Shown here piece after piece: positions 55,858 to 64,000 of a stretch of 64,000 nt of DNA. The translations under genes and the position numbers were made by a program. Source of the stretch: Flavobacteriaceae bacterium UBA3591. GTDB lineage: Bacteria > Bacteroidota > Bacteroidia > Flavobacteriales > Flavobacteriaceae. The stretch lies in the NCBI GenBank assembly GCA_002375695.1, contig DFMO01000008.1, positions 38,784 through 102,783 of the forward strand. Reading direction: 5' to 3'. The notes under the pieces are model-generated. The model had not been told where the DNA came from and did no database searches. It worked only from the letters and a program-made list of their open reading frames with translations. Position 1 is the first letter of the stretch; the number at the start of each line of letters is the position of its first letter.

Positions 55858-56454
55858 TTAAGGTATTGCTATTGTTCTAAAAGTCAGGTTGATACGCGGC
55901 GAATTTATTTTTTTAGTAGGAGGCAAGCGATGCAACCAATGTTTTTGTGTACTTCCCTCCATGGTTAATAGACTACCGTGTTGTAAAAATAGAGCAATTG
56001 TCTCTTTGGATTCTTTGTGTTTAAAAGCAAATTTACGTTCGGCACCAAAGCTAAGTGAAGCAATAGTCGCATCCTTTTTTAAATCTTTTTCGGCGTCGCT
56101 GTGCCACGACATACCTTCGCTACCGGTGTGATAAAGATTTAGTAAACAGCTGTTAAAAGTTTCTCCGGATTTGGCTTCTACTTTTTCTTTAAGCTCAATT
56201 AAAATAGGCGTCCACAATTGGGCTTTTTTGGTGATTTTTGAATACGTATATTCAAATTCGCGTTTGCCGTACCAGGCCACCTTTCGCTTTGTAACAATTT
56301 TTTTACCAAACATTACGGCTACATCATTGTTCCAATTTATTGTTTTTAGCAGTATATCAAAATAGTTACTGGCTTCCTTTTCCGAAAAAATTTTCCCAAA
56401 GTAGAAAGCTTTTCCATCCTTAGGCAAGAGATTGGTGTGCGTGTTCTTTTTCAT
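55858..56454 (-). CDS. alkB: Alpha-ketoglutarate/Fe(II)-dependent dioxygenase AlkB (alkylated DNA/RNA repair)
   Basis: 198 aa. HxD in WHSDAE, distal His in HWLHRLP, and RINLTFR. Confidence 0.85.
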   Translation of the reverse strand: MKKNTHTNLLPKDGKAFYFGKIFSEKEASNYFDILLKTINWNNDVAVMFGKKIVTKRKVAWYGKREFEYTYSKITKKAQLWTPILIELKEKVEAKSGETFNSCLLNLYHTGSEGMSWHSDAEKDLKKDATIASLSFGAERKFAFKHKESKETIALFLQHGSLLTMEGSTQKHWLHRLPPTKKINSPRINLTFRTIAIP

Positions 56455-56624
56455 ATAAAAACTATTAAAATTGCAGTGTGGTTTATTAAAATATATAAAT
56501 CTGCTAATTTTTGGGTGTATAAAAACCTTAAGACTTTTATGTATTTGTAACTTTCAGTTTAAGTTTTTACCAATTGGATAGAAATATAGTATATTAGTTC
56601 GTCTTTTAACTAACAACTAAACTT

Positions 56625-57185
56625 ATGAGTATAATTTTTCTTTTTCTGGGAGTAATTATTGTTGTAGCACTTCTGTTTGTAATTGTTTACAACCGCTTTG
56701 TAAAAAATAGAAACATGGTCAAAGATGCATGGAGCAATATTGACGTGGCTCTTAAACGTAGGTACGATTTAATTCCTAATCTTGTTGAAACCGTAAAAGG
56801 GTATGCAGCGCATGAAAAAACAACCTTATCGCAAATAGTTGAAGCGCGCAATGCTGCAATGGCAGTACCTTCAGATAATATTAACGAAAAGATAAAAGCC
56901 GAAAACCAACTGCAACAAACCCTTAGAAGTATTTTTGCTTTAAGTGAAGCGTATCCCGACTTAAAAGCAAATACTAACTTTTTGGATTTGCAGCAAAAGT
57001 TGAATGAAATTGAAGAAAATTTAGAGCGAAGCCGAAGGTATTATAACGGCACAGTACGCGAAAATAACACCTATGGCGAGAGCTTACCGGGCGTGCTTTT
57101 TGCGGGAATGCTAAACTATAAACACTTTGATTATTTTGAAGTAGACCAAGCTGCTCGCGAAAATGTAACTGTGAACTTTAATTAA
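56625..57185 (+). CDS. lemA: LemA family protein
   Basis: 186 aa. N-terminal TM segment, then YNRFVKNRNMVKDAWSNIDVALKRRYDLIPNLVETVKGYAAHEK and RRYYNGTVRENN. Confidence 0.9.
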   Translation: MSIIFLFLGVIIVVALLFVIVYNRFVKNRNMVKDAWSNIDVALKRRYDLIPNLVETVKGYAAHEKTTLSQIVEARNAAMAVPSDNINEKIKAENQLQQTLRSIFALSEAYPDLKANTNFLDLQQKLNEIEENLERSRRYYNGTVRENNTYGESLPGVLFAGMLNYKHFDYFEVDQAARENVTVNFN

Positions 57186-57266
57186 TAATTACAAATTTTT
57201 AATGCGGCGTGGCTTTTTTAGCAATCCTGCTATCTTTTTTATTTTCAATTTAATGAAAATTAAATA

Positions 57267-58988
57267 ATGAAACTTTCTATCCAATCTGGTTTAATTAGTA
57301 AAAAATTGCTGCTTAGTATTTTTGGAATATTTTTTATTCTGAAATCTTCGGCGCAAGATTTTATTGTAAATAAATGCGATGTAGATATTTATATTAAAGA
57401 GGAAGGCTATTTTGATGTAATTGAAACGTACGATTTAACATTCAATCTGCAGCGCCATGGCATTTATAGAAATTTTGTAACCAATTACGATTTATTGACT
57501 GAAAAGGGCACTAAAGAAAAACGAAAGATTAAAATTTCAAATATTGAAGTACCCAATTATAAATTTATTACCAATCCTAGTCACTTTCAAAATCTAAGTG
57601 ATAATCTTCAAATTAGAATAGGAGATGAGGACGTTACCGTAATTGGCCCTCAGCAATATCAAATTAAATACCGCGTACACAACGCTTTTTTATTCGAAGA
57701 AAATCAAATACGTTTTTACTGGAATATTAAAACTGCCGATTGGAATTCGGTTTTCGAAAAAATAAATTTTGCAATTCACCTACCTTCGGGGGTAGAATCT
57801 AGTTTGGATGATATTTTTGTCTATACGGGTTATACAGGTGAAACTTCCGATTCTGGAAACTTTGATATTACTTACAATAATGGGGTTTTTGCTGCCGAAA
57901 GTGTGCCTAAATACAAATCGTATAGCGGTCAAAATGTCACGGTTTTACTTAACCTACCATTAAATGCTGTAAAAGAAATTAAACCGTTGTGGCCTTTTTG
58001 GTCAGATTACGGATGGACCATTATTTTAGCGACTTTGTTGCTTGCGTTTTATTTAATTTGGAATAAGTACGGTAAAGACGATAAAACTATTGCCACTACA
58101 AGTTATTTTCCGCCCAGCGGGATTGATCCGGCGATGGCAGGATTTTTAATAGACGATACCGAAGACACTCAAGATTTAATTTCATTAATACCCTATTGGG
58201 GGGCTCGTGGCCTAATTGCTATGGTACAAATTCCTAAAAAGGGGTGGTTTGGCCAAGACGATACTAAACTTACAAAATTACGCCCATTGCCCGATGGAGC
58301 ACCTAATTACGAGGCAAAAATCTTTAACGGTTTATTTGGGGGCAAATATGGTACAGAGAATAACGAAGTACTTATTAGTAGTCTTAAAAATTCTTTTTAT
58401 ACCAATATGCTAAAAGCTAAAATACAGCTTAAAAAGAGCGCCCAAATTTATTACGTGGCTCAAGCCCGAAAGGTGCAAACAATAACAATTGTAGGTACCC
58501 TAATTTTAAGCACAATACTATTTTTTATTTTTCTAGCTACCTGGGGTTTAATTGCTGCTTTGGCTGTTATTCCTGTTACTATTTTCTTATTGTTTATGAG
58601 TGTGTATTTGGTAAAGAAAAATGCTTTAGGGAACGAAGTTTTATCTGAACTAAAAGGATTCAAAAACTTTATTAAAATAGCCGAAGAAAATAAATTAAAA
58701 ATGTTGCTGCACGATAGTCCAAACTATTTTGAAACTACAATGGGCTACGCTTTGGCATTTGGAATGTTTGATAAATGGGCTAGTAAATTTGAAGCGTTAA
58801 ACGTTCAGCCGCCTAGTTGGTACACTTCCTCGGCAGGATCATTTACAATGCATAATTTTTCAAATTCTTTTTCAAAATCAATCTCCTCTGCAAAATCTAC
58901 GATGGTTAGCTCGCCCAGCAGTAGCAGCTCGGGCGGTGGTGGATCATCGGGCGGTGGATTTGGCGGCGGTGGCGGTGGAAGCTGGTAA
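57267..58988 (+). CDS. DUF2207-family membrane protein with a Gly/Ser-rich C-terminus
   Basis: 573 aa. Signal peptide, extracellular domain, three TM segments and a tail SSSSSGGGGSSGGGFGGGGGGSW. It follows lemA, as usual for this pair. Confidence 0.7.
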   Translation: MKLSIQSGLISKKLLLSIFGIFFILKSSAQDFIVNKCDVDIYIKEEGYFDVIETYDLTFNLQRHGIYRNFVTNYDLLTEKGTKEKRKIKISNIEVPNYKFITNPSHFQNLSDNLQIRIGDEDVTVIGPQQYQIKYRVHNAFLFEENQIRFYWNIKTADWNSVFEKINFAIHLPSGVESSLDDIFVYTGYTGETSDSGNFDITYNNGVFAAESVPKYKSYSGQNVTVLLNLPLNAVKEIKPLWPFWSDYGWTIILATLLLAFYLIWNKYGKDDKTIATTSYFPPSGIDPAMAGFLIDDTEDTQDLISLIPYWGARGLIAMVQIPKKGWFGQDDTKLTKLRPLPDGAPNYEAKIFNGLFGGKYGTENNEVLISSLKNSFYTNMLKAKIQLKKSAQIYYVAQARKVQTITIVGTLILSTILFFIFLATWGLIAALAVIPVTIFLLFMSVYLVKKNALGNEVLSELKGFKNFIKIAEENKLKMLLHDSPNYFETTMGYALAFGMFDKWASKFEALNVQPPSWYTSSAGSFTMHNFSNSFSKSISSAKSTMVSSPSSSSSGGGGSSGGGFGGGGGGSW

Positions 58989-59045
58989 TCGCTAAAACTA
59001 AGATGTAACTATCCACAATTTCGGAAGAAATTAAAAATAAATTAT

Positions 59046-59094
59046 AAAAAAATGCGGCAATACTTCATTTAGTGAAATATTACCGCATTTAAAA
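59046..59094. terminator. Bidirectional terminator between the DUF2207 gene and convergent dapD
   Basis: aaatgcggcaata pairs with tattaccgcattt (one mismatch). An inner ttcat/gtgaa extension lengthens the stem. Flanked by A- and T-runs. Confidence 0.6.
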
Positions 59095-59107
59095 TTTAAA
59101 ATACAGT

Positions 59108-59938
59108 TTACACAGCCACATCGTACTCGCGAAGCGCGTCATTTAACGATGTTTTTAAATCGGTACTTAATTTTCGTTTGCCAATAATTAAGGCGCAAGG
59201 TACTTGATATTCGCCTGCTGCAAACTTTTTGGTATAGCTTCCAGGAATCACTACAGAGCGAGCAGGTACAGACCCCTTAGTTTCTACGGGTGTATTGCCG
59301 GTAACGTCTATAATTTTTGTTGAAGCAGTTAGCACCACATTGGCACCCAAAACAGCTTCCTTCCCAACGTGAACGCCTTCTACCACAATACATCGCGACC
59401 CAATAAAGGCACCGTCTTCAATGATAACGGGAGCGGCTTGCAACGGCTCTAAAACACCACCAATACCTACTCCGCCACTTAAGTGTACATTTTTCCCTAT
59501 TTGCGCACAACTACCTACGGTTGCCCAAGTGTCTACCATAGTACCTTCATCCACGTATGAGCCAATATTTACATAACTAGGCATTAAAATTACACCTCCT
59601 GAAATGTAAGCTCCGTGACGCGCAACTGCGTGAGGCACTACTCTAATACCTTTATCTTGGTACCCAGATTTTAGCGGAATTTTATCGTGATATTCAAAAA
59701 TACCAACCTCAAATGTTTTCATTTTTTGAATAGGGAAGTAGAGCACAATTGCTTTTTTAACCCATTCGTTAACTTTCCATCCATTCTCTGTGGGCTCGGC
59801 ACATCGCAGTTTCCCTTCGTCGCAGTAGTTTACTACTTCGCGAATGGCAACAATTGTTTCGGTATCTGTGAGGAGCGATCGGTCGTCCCAAGCTTTTTCT
59901 ATAATTTTCTGTAATTCTTGCATATTCAATTTTTTCAT
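59108..59938 (-). CDS. dapD: 2,3,4,5-tetrahydropyridine-2,6-dicarboxylate N-succinyltransferase
   Basis: Hexapeptide-repeat left-handed beta-helix (GAYISGGVILMPSYVNIGSYVDEGTMVDTWATVGSCAQIGKNVHLSGGVGIGG). The alternative ATG at 59923 (MQELQKIIEKAW) would give 271 aa, so the start is uncertain. Confidence 0.9.
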   Translation of the reverse strand: MKKLNMQELQKIIEKAWDDRSLLTDTETIVAIREVVNYCDEGKLRCAEPTENGWKVNEWVKKAIVLYFPIQKMKTFEVGIFEYHDKIPLKSGYQDKGIRVVPHAVARHGAYISGGVILMPSYVNIGSYVDEGTMVDTWATVGSCAQIGKNVHLSGGVGIGGVLEPLQAAPVIIEDGAFIGSRCIVVEGVHVGKEAVLGANVVLTASTKIIDVTGNTPVETKGSVPARSVVIPGSYTKKFAAGEYQVPCALIIGKRKLSTDLKTSLNDALREYDVAV

Positions 59939-60023
59939 CGATTATTGTCTTACAATTTTTAAGATTTGAACATTTCACTTAAAAATAGCACGTAAAATCT
60001 TTAATTGTAAAGGTAATTAATCA

Positions 60024-60031
60024 CAAATATA
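60024..60031 (-). promoter_or_regulatory. Candidate -7 promoter box for dapD
   Basis: The minus strand reads TATATTTG, about 85 to 100 nt upstream of the dapD start. Confidence 0.35.
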
Positions 60032-60084
60032 GGTTTCATATTTCAAATTTAGAGCGGTTTATAGTATAGTAATTGGCAAACCCG

Positions 60085-60092
60085 TACTTTTG
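60085..60092 (+). promoter_or_regulatory. -7 promoter box for ruvX
   Basis: TACTTTTG lies 8 nt upstream of ATG 60101, implying a very short leader. Confidence 0.45.
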
Positions 60093-60100
60093 CATTCGTT

Positions 60101-60511
60101 ATGGGAAGAATTTTGGCATTAGATTATGGCAGCAAACGTACAGGGATAGCCGTTACCGATGAATTACAGTTAATAGCATCTGGCTTAACAACAGTGCCTA
60201 CGTTGAGCTTATTAGATTTTTTATCGAAATATTTAGCCGATGAGCAAGTTGAATTAATACTCATTGGCGAGCCAAAGCAAAAGGATGGAAATCACTCTTC
60301 CATAGAGGGCGAAATTCAAAAATTTATTAAAAAATTTTCGAAGGCTTTTCCAAAATACCCTATAAAGCGCGTGGATGAACGGTATACGAGTAAAATGGCG
60401 TTTCAAACTATGATTGATAGTGGTTTAAAAAAGAAACAGCGCCAAAACAAAGCTTTGGTCGATGAAATTAGTGCTACCATAATTCTACAAGAGTATTTAT
60501 ACAACAAATAG
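60101..60511 (+). CDS. ruvX: Holliday-junction resolvase-like / pre-16S rRNA nuclease RuvX (YqgF)
   Basis: MGRILALDYGSKRTGIAVTD start, DERYTS and SATIILQEYL. Confidence 0.9.
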   Translation: MGRILALDYGSKRTGIAVTDELQLIASGLTTVPTLSLLDFLSKYLADEQVELILIGEPKQKDGNHSSIEGEIQKFIKKFSKAFPKYPIKRVDERYTSKMAFQTMIDSGLKKKQRQNKALVDEISATIILQEYLYNK

Positions 60512-60579
60512 TTTGGTAAACATTGCTTTAATTGCACCCGTAACAAATAAATTAAAAGAATAACAATAGAAAACATAGT

Positions 60580-61170
60580 ATGATTCTCCCAATTGTAGCC
60601 TACGGTGATCCTGTTTTAAGAAAGGAAACCAAAGAAATAACTAAAGATTACCCAAACCTAGATAAGGTAATTGAAAATATGTTTGAGACTATGTACGCGG
60701 CTCACGGCATTGGTTTAGCGGCGCCACAAGTAAATTTACCCATCCGTTTGTTTATAGTGGATGCAACTCCTTTTGAAGACGATGAAGATTTATCTGAAGA
60801 AGAACGAAAATTTCTATCCACCTTTAAAAAAGTGTTTATAAATCCGCAAATTATTGAGGAGTCTGGCGACGAATGGGCTTTTAACGAAGGCTGTTTAAGC
60901 ATTCCAGACGTTCGTGAAGATGTGTTTCGTCAACCCAATATTGTGATAAAGTATCAAGATGAAAATTTTAAAGAACACACAGATTCTTTTGACGGTATTG
61001 TTGCCAGAATTATTCAACATGAATACGATCACATTGAAGGAGTTTTATTTACAGATAAACTCTCGCCGTTAAAGAAAAGGTTGATTAAAAGTAAATTAAC
61101 AAATATTTCAAAAGGAAAGGTGAACATAGATTATAGAATGAAATTTCCAAACGCTAAAAAGAAACGTTAA
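60580..61170 (+). CDS. def: Peptide deformylase
   Basis: The three PDF motifs are present: GIGLAAPQ, EGCLSIP and QHEYDHIEG. Confidence 0.95.
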   Translation: MILPIVAYGDPVLRKETKEITKDYPNLDKVIENMFETMYAAHGIGLAAPQVNLPIRLFIVDATPFEDDEDLSEEERKFLSTFKKVFINPQIIEESGDEWAFNEGCLSIPDVREDVFRQPNIVIKYQDENFKEHTDSFDGIVARIIQHEYDHIEGVLFTDKLSPLKKRLIKSKLTNISKGKVNIDYRMKFPNAKKKR

Positions 61171-61235
61171 CACACTTGCGTATCTTAATCAAACCAAAGA
61201 TATTTGTAACCCTTTAAACAAATTAAAAGTAATTT

Positions 61236-61697
61236 ATGAGCTTAGAAAAAGTGCTTGCCATTTCTGGTAAACCCGGACTTTACAAATTAAAAACTCAAAC
61301 CCGCGCTGGCTTTTTGGCAGAATCGCTACTGGACGGTAAAACCATCAATGTAAGTGGACGACATAACGTAAGCTTACTTTCTGAAATAGCTATTTACACC
61401 TTAACTGAAGAAGTGCCACTTCGCGAAGTATTTAATAAAATTTCAGAAAAAGAAGGCGGTAAAGAAACCATAAGTCATAAATCTTCAAAAGAAAAATTGG
61501 AAGAATTCTTTTTTGAAGTAATGCCAGATTACGATGAAGATCGCGTTTACGCCAGCGATATTAAGAAAGTAGTGCAGTGGTATAATATGCTCATTAAAAA
61601 CGGAATTACAGATTTTTCTGAAAGCACAGAAACTGTAAATTCTGAAAATGATAAAGAAGAATCTACCGAAGATACAGAGCAAACGGCTGCAAAATAA
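61236..61697 (+). CDS. Conserved hypothetical protein (DUF5606-like) with an acidic C-terminus
   Basis: 153 aa. ISGKPGLYKLKTQTRAGFLAESLLDGK start. This family commonly follows def in Bacteroidota as far as I recall. Confidence 0.4.
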   Translation: MSLEKVLAISGKPGLYKLKTQTRAGFLAESLLDGKTINVSGRHNVSLLSEIAIYTLTEEVPLREVFNKISEKEGGKETISHKSSKEKLEEFFFEVMPDYDEDRVYASDIKKVVQWYNMLIKNGITDFSESTETVNSENDKEESTEDTEQTAAK

Positions 61698-61733
61698 CCT
61701 TTTTGCACAACTGTAAATTCGTTAAATAAAATA

Positions 61734-61770
61734 CCTCAAATCTGTTTAGATTTGGGGTTTTCTTTTTTTA
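61734..61770 (+). terminator. Rho-independent terminator
   Basis: cctcaaatct-gttt-agatttgggg (10-bp stem with one G-U pair), followed by ttttcttttttt. Confidence 0.7.
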
Positions 61771-61846
61771 AAAGAGTTTAAAAACAGATACCTTCGTATG
61801 ATTGTTTTTGTGATAAAACGCACTTTAATTTATAAAAACACAGAAA

Positions 61847-62620
61847 ATGAAATCACGCCAAGATAAGCTTAAAGCTTTTGACCGATTGTTAACTATAATG
61901 GATGAGTTGCGCGAGCAATGCCCCTGGGATCGCAAACAAACAATGGAGTCTTTGCGACACTTAACAATTGAAGAAACATACGAATTGGGCGATGCAATTT
62001 TAGATAATGATTTACAAGAAGTTAAAAAAGAATTGGGCGATGTTTTGCTACACATCGTTTTTTATGCTAAAATAGGTAGCGAAACGAATAGTTTTGATAT
62101 TGCCGATGTGTGTAATTCTATATGCGATAAATTAGTAGCGCGTCACCCACATATTTACAGCGATGTTGAGGTTAATAATGAAGAGGATGTAAAACGCAAT
62201 TGGGAAAATTTAAAACTTAAGGAAGGGAAAAAAAGCGTACTGGAAGGGGTGCCAAAATCGTTACCAGCCATGGTAAAAGCTAACAGAATTCAAGATAAAG
62301 TAGCAGGAGTAGGGTTTGATTGGGAAGAGCCGCAACAAGTTTTTGAAAAATTACAGGAAGAATTAGGCGAATTGCAACACGAAATAAACGAAAACAACAC
62401 TAAAAATATTGAAGCCGAATTTGGCGACGTTTTGTTTTCAATGATAAATTACGCCCGTTTTTTAAATGTAAATCCCGAAAACGCTTTGGAGCGAACAAAT
62501 AAAAAGTTTATTAATCGTTTTCAATATTTGGAAAGCAAGGCTAAAGAATTAAATAAGTCTTTAAAAGATATGACCTTAGCCGAAATGGACGTGTTTTGGA
62601 ACGAGGCAAAACTGAAATAA
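61847..62620 (+). CDS. mazG: Nucleoside triphosphate pyrophosphohydrolase MazG
   Basis: 257 aa. Two MazG repeats with EExxE/D signatures (TIEETYELGDAI..ELGDVLLHIV and LQEELGELQHEI..EFGDVLFSMI). Confidence 0.9.
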   Translation: MKSRQDKLKAFDRLLTIMDELREQCPWDRKQTMESLRHLTIEETYELGDAILDNDLQEVKKELGDVLLHIVFYAKIGSETNSFDIADVCNSICDKLVARHPHIYSDVEVNNEEDVKRNWENLKLKEGKKSVLEGVPKSLPAMVKANRIQDKVAGVGFDWEEPQQVFEKLQEELGELQHEINENNTKNIEAEFGDVLFSMINYARFLNVNPENALERTNKKFINRFQYLESKAKELNKSLKDMTLAEMDVFWNEAKLK

Positions 62621-62646
62621 CAACACTTTAAAAAGCGTTTAAAACC

Positions 62647-62689
62647 AAAAAAAAAGACGGCTCAATTACAGGCCGTCTTTCTATTTTTT
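62647..62689. terminator. Bidirectional terminator between mazG and the convergent DUF349 gene
   Basis: aaagacggc (62653..62661) pairs with gccgtcttt (62672..62680). Flanked by an A-run and a T-run. Confidence 0.7.
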
Positions 62690-62709
62690 AATTATAAAGT
62701 ACTTAAAAA

Positions 62710-64000
62710 TTAATCTTCTCTTACTTGTTTAATTTTAGATAATTTGGCTTTCCAAACTTCTAATTGCTCTTTGTGACGAGCAATATTTTTATGAACTTCC
62801 TTAACCAACGGATTGTCTTTATCTACGTGGTGGAAAAAGCCTAAATTGTTTTCCAGTTGTCTAATTTCATCTTTAGTTTCATCTATCTTTTTAGAAATAA
62901 AGAAGTGTTCGTTTTGTAACTTTCTTTCGTCTTCACGATTTACAAGCGTGTTAAGTTTATTGTCAAACTTTATGAGTTCTGCTTCTTTTTTACCCAAATT
63001 TAATTTTGAAAATAAACCGTCGAGTATTTTATTAAACTTTTGTTCAATACTGCGTTTATTGTAAGGAATACGCCCTATGTTTTTCCATTCCGAAATATGC
63101 TCTTTAATGGCTTCAACATCTTTTTTATGATCGCCGCTTAATTCAAAAGATTGCAGCTTTTCTAGCATTTTTTGTTTGTTTTCAAAATTTGCTAATTCTT
63201 CTTTACTGCTCTTATTCTTTTGTGCGTGTAGCCGGTCAAAATAATGATTGCAAGCTTGCTTAAATTGCTTCCAGATTTTGTCGCTATCCTTTCGCGGTAC
63301 GTGCCCAATAGACTTCCAATCGCTTTGAATTTTCTTCATTAAAGGCGTAGTAGCTTCAAAGTCTTCGCTGTCTTTATTGTCTTCAGCAATTTTAATTAAT
63401 TCGCGTTTCTTTTCTAAGTTGCTATACTGCTCTTTTTTCTGGTTTTTATAAAAACTGTTTTTGGTGTGGTTAAAATTACCGGTAGCATCTTTAAATGTGC
63501 GCCAAATTTCTTTATTATTCGCTCGTGGCACCCTTCCGGTTTGAAAGAAAGTGTCTCGTAAATCTTGTACTTTTTTTATTGCGTTTTGCCAAGCTTGATG
63601 ACTTGGTTTTGTTTCTTCAGTAATCTTATTGATATCGGCAATAATTTGCTTCTTTTTTTCAAGATTGTCTTTAAAAGTTTTTTCAAGTTCGGCGAGTTGT
63701 TCCTGGCGCCTGTCGTGAATTACCTTTGTTGCGGCACTAAATTTATCCCACACTTCATCGCGGTACTCTTTGGCTACTGGGCCAATGTCTTCTTTCCACA
63801 TTTTGTGCAACATTTGCAACTCGCGGAAAGCTTTATTTACATCGGTTTGTTGCGCTAATTCTTCGGCACGCGTAATTAATTTAAGTTTTGCATCTAGGTT
63901 GTGTTTAAAATCTAAATCGCGAAACTCTCTATTTAAGTGTAAGTAATCGTAAAAATTTTCAACGTGATGGTGGTAGGTATTCCACACTGTATTGTATTTG
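62710..64000 (-). CDS. DUF349 repeat protein, C-terminal part (the gene continues past the window end)
   Basis: Repeated W..IG.VP....D.IW..F units (WKEDIGPVAKEYRDEVWDKF, FFQTGRVPRANNKEIWRTF, WKSIGHVPRKDSDKIWKQF, WKNIGRIPYNKRSIEQKF). The reading frame is open to the window edge. Confidence 0.65.
   Translation of the reverse strand, partial: KYNTVWNTYHHHVENFYDYLHLNREFRDLDFKHNLDAKLKLITRAEELAQQTDVNKAFRELQMLHKMWKEDIGPVAKEYRDEVWDKFSAATKVIHDRRQEQLAELEKTFKDNLEKKKQIIADINKITEETKPSHQAWQNAIKKVQDLRDTFFQTGRVPRANNKEIWRTFKDATGNFNHTKNSFYKNQKKEQYSNLEKKRELIKIAEDNKDSEDFEATTPLMKKIQSDWKSIGHVPRKDSDKIWKQFKQACNHYFDRLHAQKNKSSKEELANFENKQKMLEKLQSFELSGDHKKDVEAIKEHISEWKNIGRIPYNKRSIEQKFNKILDGLFSKLNLGKKEAELIKFDNKLNTLVNREDERKLQNEHFFISKKIDETKDEIRQLENNLGFFHHVDKDNPLVKEVHKNIARHKEQLEVWKAKLSKIKQVRED

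Noticed and set aside
55858-56454. The idea that the adjacent 2OG/Fe(II) oxygenase modifies the Cys-rich peptide (a RiPP-like cluster)
   Set aside because: The protein has the canonical AlkB length and motifs (HSD, distal H, RINLTFR), which point to nucleic-acid dealkylation. No leader or core architecture, protease, transporter or other RiPP tailoring genes are nearby. The peptide has its own terminator.
59939-60031. Possible lysine riboswitch in the dapD leader
   Set aside because: The leader is at most about 100 nt, well short of a lysine riboswitch aptamer plus expression platform. I could not see the conserved helices.

Overview
About 64 kb of low-GC chromosomal DNA that looks like a Flavobacteriia (Bacteroidota) genome. 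Evidence: four secreted proteins end in T9SS-type C-terminal sorting domains (L/F-YPNP motif). Many genes are preceded by the Bacteroidota -7 promoter box TAnnTTTG. The gene set is typical of the group (GH3-family protein, BshC, long YidC, LysM/PBP1 protein, DUF349). I see no rRNA, tRNA, CRISPR array, transposase, integrase or obvious defence island. Most of the window is housekeeping: rimO, uvrB, rluF-like, sucC, csp, mnmA, yidC, pyrG, guaA, bshC, dapD, ruvX, def and mazG. Interspersed are envelope and stress genes and very large T9SS cargo proteins: a 2158-aa M36 fungalysin/P-domain/HYR mosaic, a 1582-aa ExeM/NucH-type nuclease, an S8 protease and an FG-GAP/ASPIC protein. The most interesting signal is absent from the ORF track. 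It is a 37-codon minus-strand gene (55787..55674) encoding a peptide with 14 cysteines in a 5-residue CxCxx periodicity, which is metallothionein-like. It has its own hairpin/T-tract and sits immediately upstream of an ECF sigma factor that carries three cysteine pairs and has no anti-sigma partner. Secondary observations are: an orphan promoter-box/terminator pair (sRNA or leader candidate); an exact 20-nt repeat next to hairpins at two loci; possible domain insertions inside HYR modules; and a shared C-terminal cassette on the protease and the nuclease. All functional calls rest on motifs recognised by eye in the translations. No database search was possible.
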